DNA of 64,000 nt, from assembly GCA_963790305.1 (NCBI GenBank), contig CAWBOC010000009.1, forward strand, positions 448,001 to 512,000, in the 5' to 3' direction. The first letter of the stretch is position 1; every line of letters starts with the position of its first letter. This stretch comes from an uncultured Gemmatimonadaceae bacterium. GTDB lineage: Bacteria > Gemmatimonadota > Gemmatimonadetes > Gemmatimonadales > Gemmatimonadaceae. Below, piece after piece: positions 42,888 to 51,999 of the stretch. The notes under the pieces are model-generated. The model was not told the origin of the DNA and searched no databases. It saw only the letters and a list, made by a program, of their open reading frames with translations. The position numbers and the translations under genes were made by a program.

Positions 42888-44087
42888 CTAGCCCCCGAGT
42901 GTCGGCGGGGAGCCGGCGGACGCCACGCTGGCGGCCGCGTCCGCCTCCTGCAGATAGAAAGTCCCGAGCTGAACGAGCGCGTCACGATCGACGCCCGGCG
43001 CGAGGGTGCGCTTGCCGATGTACGACTCCACCGTCTCCCGAAGCGTGGGACGACGGCCGGGCGCCCCGCTGGCGGCGAGCCGCATCATCTCCGGCCGCCG
43101 AGCGTCGAGGTGAAAGTGCAGCGCGCGTCGCTTGTACTCGCGTAACGCCTTTTGATCCAGCTCCCGAGCGACATGGCGCGGGATGTCGCGCACGACGAGT
43201 CGTACGACCTTCTCCTCAATGCCGTCCTCGCATTTCTCGACCGCGTCGCGGATGGCGGTATCGAGCTCCTGCGCGGTCAGGCCGCGCGCCGGAACGGCCG
43301 GCAGGTCCACGAGCCGACGCGCGGGATCGAGCGCATGGAACGTGTGGACCCCGCGCTCGAGATCGAACTCGATGAAGCCCTTTCCCGGGAGACCACCTAT
43401 CCGCTCCTCGATCAGCTCGCCCCACGGATTCGTGCTCGTGTAGTCGACGGAGCCGGAGTAGTAGGCATTCGGCGCGATCTGCCGATGTACGTGGTAGTGT
43501 CCCAGCGCGACGTAGCTCCACCGGGACGCCCCGATGGCGTCCAGCGGGATCTCCATCGCCGCGCGATCGGCGCGCACGGCCTCGGCGGGAAGCATGCCCT
43601 GCACTTCCCCATGCAGCACGAGAACGTTGTGCCTAACGCCTGGCTCCGGGATCAGCGCCGGGTAGTCACCCAGGGAATCGGGAACGGCGAGAATCGCGAG
43701 ATCCCGCTCGGGGAAGGCGAGGCGTCGCGGCTCGGAATCGACGACGTGCACTCCCAGCACCGTGAACAGGCGCAGAATGCACCCCGTCTCGGTCGCGCGC
43801 GGACGGTCGTGGTTGCCCGCCACCATGACGACGATCGCCCGCGGAACCGCGCGGGTCAGCCGCGCGAGCTGATTGAACGCGTGGATGATCGCCGGATTCA
43901 TCGGGCGAACGGTGTGGAAAATATCCCCCGCGAACACGACGACGTCGGGCTCGAGGGCGATGATCCGGTCGATCGCGCTCCGAAAAGCGTTCGCGACGTC
44001 CGCTTCGCGCTGATTGATTCCCGATTGCGTCAGACGGTGGTACTGACGGAAACCGAGATGCAGGTCGGAGATGTGAACCAGCCGCAC
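42888..44087 (-). CDS. sbcD: Mre11/SbcD nuclease
   Basis: Phosphoesterase motifs SDLHLG, AGDIFH, GNHD, LHG and LGHYH; abuts rad50. Confidence 0.93.
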   Translation of the reverse strand: MRLVHISDLHLGFRQYHRLTQSGINQREADVANAFRSAIDRIIALEPDVVVFAGDIFHTVRPMNPAIIHAFNQLARLTRAVPRAIVVMVAGNHDRPRATETGCILRLFTVLGVHVVDSEPRRLAFPERDLAILAVPDSLGDYPALIPEPGVRHNVLVLHGEVQGMLPAEAVRADRAAMEIPLDAIGASRWSYVALGHYHVHRQIAPNAYYSGSVDYTSTNPWGELIEERIGGLPGKGFIEFDLERGVHTFHALDPARRLVDLPAVPARGLTAQELDTAIRDAVEKCEDGIEEKVVRLVVRDIPRHVARELDQKALREYKRRALHFHLDARRPEMMRLAASGAPGRRPTLRETVESYIGKRTLAPGVDRDALVQLGTFYLQEADAAASVASAGSPPTLGG

Positions 44088-44145
44088 GCCATCCTCAGGG
44101 AAAATTCTGCTAACTGTAATACTCCTAAGAGGATAGCGAGTGCGC

Positions 44146-44991
44146 TCACCGCTTGTCCATAGTGCGCTGCCGCTGCAGCAGGCGCATCTGCATCTTCACC
44201 GGCTGGAGCCCACTTCCCGGGGGTTGCTCAATGTGCGAGCGCATTGACATCTCGGTCGAGGCGTCGGTCACCCAGCCGCGGCTCCGGTCCAGGACCATGT
44301 AGCCGGTTACTGTCCCCGTCATCGTCATGCGGGCCCCGCCCCGAATCGGCGCGGCGGTCGAATCGCGCGTGAGGGTGCCGCGCATCGAAATGTGGGCCAG
44401 CTTCCCGCGCCGAGTCAGCGAGTCGAGGCGGAAGGTGGCCTCGAGAGTGCCCGCGACCTGCCCCGGCCCCGCGTCAGGGATGGGGATGCGTTGCTTCCAC
44501 GAGCTCCCGACGGCGACCTGGTGCCGGGGGAACGTGGCGGGGAGCTGCGAGAACACCGACTGGAGGTCGCGCGGGATGTCCGGGTCCGCCTCGACGACGG
44601 TGCCGGAACCTTCGCGCGAGAACCGTACACGAACCTCCTTTCCCTGCAGCGAACGACGAGCCTGATCGCTGAGCGTGGCAACGCGGGGGTCCATGGCGGC
44701 CATGTCCACGGCGACCGAGTCGGTGATCGACCGAACCGTGGTTCCCTCGTTGTCCGACTCGATGACGATGGACCGGGACAGCATGAGCATGGACGAGCGC
44801 ATGGTCATCGTCGTGTCGGCATCGCGAACCTTGCCGACGCCCGAGATCTCCATTTCCTGCTCGATGCGCAGCCGGAGCGTATCGCCCACCTTCGGCTTGA
44901 TCTGCAGCAGCACGCTCTGCGCCTGCGCCGAGGGAACGACCGACCCGATGAGTGCGACCGAGGCGGCGAAGCGCCTCACGAGAGTGATCAT
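44146..44991 (-). CDS. Exported beta-rich hypothetical protein (DUF6263-like)
   Basis: Signal peptide ending AQA-Q; LQIKPKVGD and FPRHQVAVGSSWKQ; starts 3 nt after the herA stop. Confidence 0.7.
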   Translation of the reverse strand: MITLVRRFAASVALIGSVVPSAQAQSVLLQIKPKVGDTLRLRIEQEMEISGVGKVRDADTTMTMRSSMLMLSRSIVIESDNEGTTVRSITDSVAVDMAAMDPRVATLSDQARRSLQGKEVRVRFSREGSGTVVEADPDIPRDLQSVFSQLPATFPRHQVAVGSSWKQRIPIPDAGPGQVAGTLEATFRLDSLTRRGKLAHISMRGTLTRDSTAAPIRGGARMTMTGTVTGYMVLDRSRGWVTDASTEMSMRSHIEQPPGSGLQPVKMQMRLLQRQRTMDKR

Positions 44992-44994
44992 GCG

Positions 44995-46959
44995 CTACAC
45001 GCCGTACGGATCATCGGCCGGCAGTCCGCGCAACGGAGTCGCCGCGACGGGCGTCGGAGCCGGCTGGGCCGGGATGATCGTGCGGAGTCTCGACGCGAAG
45101 AAGGCCTTCACGTCCTTCGGTCGCGACTGGAGCGTCGCGTTGCGCGCGCGAATGAGGTCCGGCTCATCGTAGAGCGCGACCATATCCTGCACCCACGTGA
45201 GCGGGATCCCCGGGTCGAGCTGCCGCAGCGTACGCAACAGCAATGTCTCGAGCGAGGCGTCGGTCGCCTGCGGAAAGCGCTCGACGCCATCCCGCCCCCG
45301 CAGCACGGCGGGCCTCGGGAACTTCAGGAAAATCGGTTGCGTGAAGTGCGGATGTCGCACCATCAAATCTCCCTTGGCGAGCGTAGCCAGCTTCGTTCGC
45401 GTTGCCGGGCTGAGTACGGCGTAGCCAGGCGTGGCCAGCTCGTCTCCATCCATGCGTCCGAACAATGACGTGCCGCTGTTACCGACGACGCGGCGATGGA
45501 CCTGCGACCGGAACTGCTGCGCCCCGAACAGGACGAGCCCGAGATATCGGCCGCGCTCGGCGATATCGAGCAGCATCTTGCGCACGTAGGTGTCGGGGCC
45601 ATCGGCCGGGGCGTATTTGTTCAGCTCGTCGACGAACACGACGACGTGGCTGACGCCGAGATCACGCCGCTCGAGGTGCTCACGGAGCTTGGACACGATG
45701 CGCGCGAAGATGAGATCCTGCGCGTCCTCCTCGGCGGCGGCGACGTCAATCACATACACCGTGCGATCGTCGAAGGTCCCCCATGGAAGGTCGCTCACCG
45801 AGCCATCGTCAGTGACCAGTCCAGCGCATCGCAGCGAAATATTGGAAAGCCGGTTGCGCACCTTCCGAATGGTCGCGATGTGATGCGTCTTGTAGCCCTC
45901 GCTTCCCTTCCCCTCCAGCATCAGGATGATGTCGCGAAACCACCGCTCGAGGTCGGCGAAGGACTGTACGCGGTAAACCTGCCCGGGCAGCATCTGGGGA
46001 TCCTTGTACTCGCGATCGAGCAAGCGCTCCTTGATGAAATCGATGAGCGCGTCCGCCTTGGCATCGACGTCATCCCGATTCAGCATGACTTCGGCGAACT
46101 GCAGGACTTCGCGCAGCCCCCACGTCAGCGGGCTGACGTTATGCATCAACGCCTCGTTCGAGCGCAACGTGTTCAGCGACGTCAGGTTCGCCTTGTAGGG
46201 CGCGAAATAGTGCACGCGATCGAAGGGCCGTGCCGGGACGCGGAGGCGGTCGTACATCGCGAGATCGTTGGCGTCGAGGTCTCCCGGCTGGTCCAGATAG
46301 CAGAGATCCGGTCCCTTCACGTTGAAGCACACCGCGGCCACCGAGCCCTTGCTGGCGGGGAAGTGCGCGAACATCGATGCGAGAATGAACTCGACCGCGC
46401 TCGTCTTCGTCGCCAGGCCGGACACGCCGGTGATGTTGAGGTGCGCCGCCTCGGGTCCAACGAGAAAGTCGGCGTCGAGATAGATCGGCGAATCCATGCC
46501 GCCCGCGCGATAGAGCCCGATGGGAATCGCCGTTCGCGCGTCGGCGCGCGTATACGTGTCCATGCGCAAAGCCAGCGTCACGTCCTCATCGCTGGCCAGG
46601 AAAACCTCTCCCATCGGAACGGGCTGAAGCGGTTCCTCGGGTATCTGCCGCAGCACGGCGGCCGTGTAGAGGCGCACTTCCGGCCGCTCCGTCGGTGCGA
46701 TCGCGGATGAGCGTGGATCACCGTCATGGCCGAGCACGTCGTGCAGCGGAGAGAGCAGGTCGGTGAAGCTGAAGCCTTCGACGACGACGCCGTACACGCG
46801 CGGAAGATGTCCCTCGACGGCGTGCGTTCCCTCGACGCGCACAATGGTCCCGATCCCGACCGGGGAGTCGACCGCGGTCCAGAAATGGAACTCGTGAGGC
46901 GTGTTTGGCTTGCGCTCGGTCGCGACGACGCGGCCGAGGGGTGACGTGTGCTCAGGCAT
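44995..46959 (-). CDS. herA: HerA/FtsK-family ATPase (N-terminal HAS barrel)
   Basis: N-terminal LGRVVATE barrel, variant Walker A HLNITGVSGLATKT, FNVKG, Walker B VFVDELNKYAP, ERGRYLG and AQQ. Confidence 0.88.
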   Translation of the reverse strand: MPEHTSPLGRVVATERKPNTPHEFHFWTAVDSPVGIGTIVRVEGTHAVEGHLPRVYGVVVEGFSFTDLLSPLHDVLGHDGDPRSSAIAPTERPEVRLYTAAVLRQIPEEPLQPVPMGEVFLASDEDVTLALRMDTYTRADARTAIPIGLYRAGGMDSPIYLDADFLVGPEAAHLNITGVSGLATKTSAVEFILASMFAHFPASKGSVAAVCFNVKGPDLCYLDQPGDLDANDLAMYDRLRVPARPFDRVHYFAPYKANLTSLNTLRSNEALMHNVSPLTWGLREVLQFAEVMLNRDDVDAKADALIDFIKERLLDREYKDPQMLPGQVYRVQSFADLERWFRDIILMLEGKGSEGYKTHHIATIRKVRNRLSNISLRCAGLVTDDGSVSDLPWGTFDDRTVYVIDVAAAEEDAQDLIFARIVSKLREHLERRDLGVSHVVVFVDELNKYAPADGPDTYVRKMLLDIAERGRYLGLVLFGAQQFRSQVHRRVVGNSGTSLFGRMDGDELATPGYAVLSPATRTKLATLAKGDLMVRHPHFTQPIFLKFPRPAVLRGRDGVERFPQATDASLETLLLRTLRQLDPGIPLTWVQDMVALYDEPDLIRARNATLQSRPKDVKAFFASRLRTIIPAQPAPTPVAATPLRGLPADDPYGV

Positions 46960-46976
46960 TCAACTCTCGGTGTTCA

Positions 46977-47046
46977 ACGCAGAATTGAGAACACAGAATA
47001 GAGAGTTCAGCAGTGTCGTTTCTGAGTTCTGTATTCCGAATTCCGT
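46977..47046. repeat. 7-nt-periodic imperfect inverted repeat between nurA and herA
   Basis: CAGAATT GAGAACA CAGAATA ... GTTCTG TATTCCG AATTCCG. Confidence 0.65.
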
Positions 47047-47061
47047 CATCGTTGCCGTTCT

Positions 47062-48060
47062 TCAGGAAATTGCACGCAGGAACTCCTCGCACTCTCGAAC
47101 CGGGTACGCCATACGGTCCCACCGGGAATCGGGAAGCGCCAGTGGCGTACGCTCGGCGAGCACCCAGCGCGACACCTCATCGGCACGCGTGGACGGGTCG
47201 TCGGTCTCAGCCACCTCGACGCGCACGATACCCCACAGCGCGTCGTGCGCGTCGCCGTCACGAAGGCGCAGGTACCAGGAGTGCACCGGCGTCCGGTTGC
47301 GAGGGGCAATGCGAACGACGGGAGTTCGCTCTCCACAGGCCAAGCCGAGAATCACGTCGAGGAGTACCGCGGACGCATAGAGTTGACGGTGTGATTTCAC
47401 TACGCCCACCGCACAGCTGTTGGTCGCGACGATATCGCTTGCGGAGATGCTGCCGTCCACGAGCAGCGGCGCTCGCATCGTCGCACACCATTGCTCGGCC
47501 AACGTGCGTTCGGCGCGCTCGCGATCGCGCTGCACGGCGTGCAGCGCTTGCTCCTTGACGTGGACTGGATGACGCGAGAGAGCTGCGTCCTCCTCGGCGC
47601 GAGAGGTGTCCACGACGGGTAGACCGGCAAGAGCGAGACGCGTAGCCGAATCCAGCGTCGAGAGCGGCGCATAGTACCGATACTCGTCGATAGGACGTTC
47701 CCAGGTGGTGAGCCGCCGCTTCGATCGCTGCCGTATCACGGCGGCGATGCGGCCGCAGACGATGGGAACTCCGCGCGCGACCAGAACGACTCGACTCTCC
47801 TGAACGCCGTCGAGAAATGCCTCGAACGCCGGGATCGGAGACCCCGGTACGCGGCGCGCCACGGTTGCATTTTCAACGACTTGCGCGTCTATGACCCGGG
47901 GTGCCTCATGAACACCCTCGAGCCGCTCGAGCGTGGGTGCCGTGCTAGTGACGGTGGCAACGCCGGGCACGCGATGCGCGAGGATGCGCACCGCGTCGTG
48001 GAAAGTTGCCACGGGTATGGCGGGGGGGTAGGTTGCTCGCTGCCTCTGCTCCACTGCCAC
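47062..48060 (-). CDS. nurA: NurA-like nuclease
   Basis: RNase H-fold acidic motifs FLDG, LLVDGS and VGVVKS; SWYLRL; C-terminal YP..E.E; directly upstream of herA. Confidence 0.75.
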   Translation of the reverse strand: MAVEQRQRATYPPAIPVATFHDAVRILAHRVPGVATVTSTAPTLERLEGVHEAPRVIDAQVVENATVARRVPGSPIPAFEAFLDGVQESRVVLVARGVPIVCGRIAAVIRQRSKRRLTTWERPIDEYRYYAPLSTLDSATRLALAGLPVVDTSRAEEDAALSRHPVHVKEQALHAVQRDRERAERTLAEQWCATMRAPLLVDGSISASDIVATNSCAVGVVKSHRQLYASAVLLDVILGLACGERTPVVRIAPRNRTPVHSWYLRLRDGDAHDALWGIVRVEVAETDDPSTRADEVSRWVLAERTPLALPDSRWDRMAYPVRECEEFLRAIS

Positions 48061-48123
48061 GTCTCAGGTCCCGCCGATCGGCCGCCTTCGGCAGCCGTGC
48101 TCTCGTCTTACTTCCGCGAGTTG

Positions 48124-49104
48124 ATGCGCGCGTTCGTCATCCAGCGAATCGCCACGCTGGTGACCATCGTAACGGTGGTTACCGGGTGTGACAAGGCGAA
48201 AGGATTCATTGGCGGAGATCGACCGGCGCCCCCGGAGATCGCGCCCGGTGAGGCCCTCAATCTCGCCGCGCGTCCCCACATCCTCTTCCAGATCTTCGGG
48301 GAGAAGGAAGATCCGCGGATGATCCCCATCGCCGCCATCGAGGACGGGCAGCTGAAGGCGATCGCCCTGTCGTCGACCGGCTGGCACCAGTTCGACGCCA
48401 TGTACCTGCGGGGCGGCAAGACCTACAAGCTGTACCAGGACGGACGTACACGAGGCACGGTGACGGTCCGCCAGGGTATGTGGGAACGGCCTGAGAATCC
48501 GCTGTATACGCTTCCCGGCTGTCAGGCCCTCACGCCACTGGCCAGCGTCTCGGTCACCGGCTTGACGAAGTCCTCCTATACCGTCGAAGCGCTCGCGTCA
48601 TCGTTCGATCGTTCGGCCCCGCGTGCACCCAAGCCCCTTCCCGACGCGGAGCTGGCGAGGACCGGCCGCAAAGTCGCCACGGAAGCAGGCGCTCCCGAGA
48701 GCGTGGACGGGAAGATGCTCGACGCTCTCGACTTCCGCGCCGTGGCCATCAACACCGGCGCCACCGATTCGCCAACGATCGTCGCATCGTACATCGATCC
48801 GACGGCCACCGACGCCGGCTCGGCGACGGCCAACACGGTGCACCTGTTCGTGATCGCCGACCGCGACGTCGACGGCTATACCCCGACGATGTCGCACGTG
48901 GTGAACGGTCCGATCGCCGGCGCGGTGTATCGTCGATTCTTCGACCACGTGGATCTCACCGGCGACGGCATCGATGAGATCGTGGCCGAGGAGTGGCGGA
49001 TCGGGCAGGAGACGTCGTTGCTGGTATTCTCCTGGATGAACGGGAGATGGAGAGAGGTATTCCGGGGGCGGTCGAGTTGGTGCCTCGATGAAGTGAAACA
49101 ATAG
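48124..49104 (+). CDS. Hypothetical lipoprotein
   Basis: ATG at 48124; VTGC lipobox; C-terminal DLTGDGIDE calcium-binding-like motif. Confidence 0.72.
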   Translation: MRAFVIQRIATLVTIVTVVTGCDKAKGFIGGDRPAPPEIAPGEALNLAARPHILFQIFGEKEDPRMIPIAAIEDGQLKAIALSSTGWHQFDAMYLRGGKTYKLYQDGRTRGTVTVRQGMWERPENPLYTLPGCQALTPLASVSVTGLTKSSYTVEALASSFDRSAPRAPKPLPDAELARTGRKVATEAGAPESVDGKMLDALDFRAVAINTGATDSPTIVASYIDPTATDAGSATANTVHLFVIADRDVDGYTPTMSHVVNGPIAGAVYRRFFDHVDLTGDGIDEIVAEEWRIGQETSLLVFSWMNGRWREVFRGRSSWCLDEVKQ

Positions 49105-49132
49105 GACAGCGTCTAGAGAGCCGTTGCCCCTT

Positions 49133-49762
49133 TCAGTTCACCACACCCACCGCCAGTCCGTCTCCCACGGGGACGATCGTCCCCCGTACCCTCTCATCAC
49201 TCGCCATCCGCCGATTGAACTCCCGCACGCCGCGCGTGCCCTCGTCGGCCGTGTCGGGGTCGAGTACTCGGCCGCCCCACAGCGCGTTGTCGGCGATGAG
49301 AAGGCCGCCCGGCCGAAGCAGCCGCACCGCCCAATCGAAGTACGTGGGGAGCGGCTCCTTGTCGGCGTCGAGGAAGATCGCGTCGAAGCGCTCGCCGTCG
49401 AACGCGGGGAGTACCTCGAGCGCACGACCGATTCGGAGATCGATGCGATCATCGAGGCCGGCCCGCGCGAAGTACTTCCGGGCGAACTCGGCATGCCGCT
49501 CGTCGGCTTCGATCGTGACCAGGCGTCCCGACGCGGGCAGCCCGCGCGCCATCCAGATGCCCGAGTAGCCGCCTAACGTCCCTACCTCGAGCACGCGTTC
49601 GGCACGCACCGCGTACAGGAGGATTTGCAGGAGGCGACCGGTGACGGCGCTGATGGAGATCGGCGGCAACCCCTCGCGATCGGCGGCCTCGCGAAGCGCC
49701 GCGAGAACGTCGTCGTCGCGCGCGAACAGCGATGCGATGTACTCGTCAACGCGATCGCTCAC
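49133..49762 (-). CDS. SAM-dependent O-methyltransferase (COMT/CCoAOMT-like)
   Basis: VLEVGTLGGYS, FDAIFLDADK and LIADNALW motifs. Confidence 0.92.
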   Translation of the reverse strand: MSDRVDEYIASLFARDDDVLAALREAADREGLPPISISAVTGRLLQILLYAVRAERVLEVGTLGGYSGIWMARGLPASGRLVTIEADERHAEFARKYFARAGLDDRIDLRIGRALEVLPAFDGERFDAIFLDADKEPLPTYFDWAVRLLRPGGLLIADNALWGGRVLDPDTADEGTRGVREFNRRMASDERVRGTIVPVGDGLAVGVVN

Positions 49763-49771
49763 GGTATCGCG

Positions 49772-50050
49772 CTACTCCACACCAATGTCCCAGGCTTGCT
49801 CGAGGTCCTTCCGCGAATAGGCGCGGAACGCCGTGAGCGTTTGGGTGCGCTCGATGCCTGGCACCTTCACGAATTCCTCGGTGACCACCTGCGCAATGCG
49901 ATCGTACTCGGGGACCTTCACGATGGCGACGAGGTCCCACTCGCCCGACACCGAGTACACGTCGGTGACCCCTTCAATGCCGGCAAGCCGCATCGCGACC
50001 TGAGGGATCAGCTTCGGGTCGGCGCGAATGAGCACGATCGTCGTGATCAC
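49772..50050 (-). CDS. Lrp/AsnC ligand-binding domain protein (no HTH)
   Basis: GTG at 50050 overlaps the upstream stop; VYSVSGEWDLVAIV and GIERTQT. Confidence 0.85.
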   Translation of the reverse strand: MITTIVLIRADPKLIPQVAMRLAGIEGVTDVYSVSGEWDLVAIVKVPEYDRIAQVVTEEFVKVPGIERTQTLTAFRAYSRKDLEQAWDIGVE

Positions 50051-50544
50051 TCGTCCTCCGGAAATGGCGGTACGTTGAGCAGCCACAGGCCGGCGATGCG
50101 ATCACGCTCGTCGAGCTCCAGCAGGAGATCCCGCGCGAAGCGAATCGCTCGCGCTGGACGCTTCACGCCCAGCTTGAAATGAATGGTTCGTTCGGCCTGA
50201 TCAGCTTCGGCCACCAGGGACGTGTCGACCTCGACGGCGGCGACGTCGGGCTGCGAATGCCGAGACGGGACAACCACGCTCGCGCTCTGCGCATCCGGGG
50301 GGGAGAGCGTCGCGACCTTGCGCACATCCGGCCACACCGCGACCTCGACGCCGTGGATTCGGCCGGCTTCGACATCCAGCACCACCCACGAGCCGTCGCT
50401 GCCGGTCAGCTCCACCGAGCCACTCATGCCCTTGCCAGTGGCACCGTTGCGCAGCGTCGCCGTGAGGATGTCGGTGTCGGGATCCCACCTGTAATCGACG
50501 TCCGACAGCGCGCCGGTCGGCTCGATCTGCACCGCGATGTTCAC
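50047..50544 (-). CDS. Hypothetical beta-rich protein with an internal repeat
   Basis: Two similar halves (WDPDTDILTA..VLDVEAGRIHGVEV / ADQAERTIHF..LELDERDRIAGLWL), DUF2283-like by pattern. Confidence 0.65.
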   Translation of the reverse strand: MNIAVQIEPTGALSDVDYRWDPDTDILTATLRNGATGKGMSGSVELTGSDGSWVVLDVEAGRIHGVEVAVWPDVRKVATLSPPDAQSASVVVPSRHSQPDVAAVEVDTSLVAEADQAERTIHFKLGVKRPARAIRFARDLLLELDERDRIAGLWLLNVPPFPEDE

Positions 50545-50701
50545 GTGAGCACTCCGTTAGGGGCCTTCAGTATCTCGAGCGCGTGTCCGGATGGCGAGGC
50601 CGAACGCGTGCCGCGCGGAGCCTGGCTTTGCACGTTGCCAGTGAAGCCCCGCCTTTGCGCGCCAAGATACCAGCGTCGACCGGAGTCGCCAGAGCACGGC
50701 A

Positions 50702-51920
50702 TCATCGGTGGGTCTCGCGCCAGAGACTCACGAGACGGCGCGTCCCTTCGACGACAGCGTCGATTGGCGCGGCGTATGACATCCGCACCCATCCGGGGGT
50801 GAAAAAGGCCGACCCGGGGACGATCGCGACTTCGTGGGCTTCGAGCAGCCGCTGCGCGAATCGCGCTCCCTCGTCGCGGGCGGGGTCGTCCGACCCGACA
50901 TGCGCGAACAGGTAGAACGCGCCTTCGGGATCGACGATCTCCATGCCGGGCTCGGCGCGCACCACCTCGACTACCGCATCCCGCCGCCGGCGAAACTCGG
51001 CCACCATCGTTCTCACGGACGCGTCTGCAGCCTCACGATTCGTGAGCGCGGCAAGCGCAGCGTGCTGAGACGGCGCCGCCGCGTTCGATGTCGTGTGCGA
51101 TTGAAACGCGGTCATCGCCGCTGCCAGCTCCCGGGGGGCGATGGCCCACCCGATCCGCCATCCGGTCATCGCGTAGGCCTTCGCGACGCCGTCGATCAGC
51201 ACCAGACGATCGAGCGATGGCGCAACCTCGAGCGCCAATGTCGCTGGCTCCGTGCCGTACGCGATCGCCCGGTAGATCTCGTCGCTGATCACCCACCACC
51301 CGTGCTCATGGGCGCACTCGAGCAGCGCTGCGAGCTCCTCGCGCGAATAGACCGCCCCGGTTGGATTGCACGGTGAGTTCAGCATCACGCCGCGCGTTCG
51401 TGGTGTCGATGCCGCTTCGAGCATCAATGGAGTGACCTTGAGCCCCGCGTTGGCATCGCCGTACACGGGGACCGCCGTCGCGCGCGCCAGCGCAACCATC
51501 TCCGTAATAGCTCGTCCAGCTGGGTGTGGGGATGAGCACCTCATCCCCTTCCCCGAAGAGACAGAAGCAGGCGTTGAACAGGGATTGCTTCGAGCCGGTC
51601 GACACGACGACCTGCCCCGCTCCGACTTCGGCGCCGACCTCGGCGGCGCGGCGTGCGATCGCATCACGAAGGGGCAGAATGCCTTCGGTGGCCGTGTAGC
51701 GCGTCGCCCCAGCGTCGATCGCACTCTGCGCCGCTCGGCGAATGAACTCAGGTGTATCGAAGTCCGGCTCGCCGGCGCCCAGGTCGATGACCGGACGTCC
51801 GGCGGCGCGAAGCGCTTTGGCTCGCGCCGAGACCGCGATCGTCGCGGACTCGCGAAGCTGGGCGACGTTCGCGGAGGGGTCGAAGGCGCGATTGCTGTGA
51901 GGTCGTGCGAGCAACGTCAT
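50702..51920 (-). CDS. PLP-dependent class I/II (aspartate) aminotransferase (frameshift near 51503)
   Basis: DLGAGEPDF, PTPSWTSY, NSPCNPTG, SDEIY and AKAYAMTGWRIG across two frames. Confidence 0.88.
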
Positions 51921-51999
51921 GCGGGCGGTGGAGGAAGGTGAGGGGCGAGTATACTTTACATCCCAGGTCGCGGGCACGCCATTGACAACGGAGGCACCG

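Noticed and set aside
44088..44145. SOS-type operator or promoter in the AT-rich spacer before mre11
   Set aside because: Only a weak palindrome (CTCCTAAGAG) is present, with no correctly spaced -35/-10, and I did not see the motif upstream of other repair genes here.
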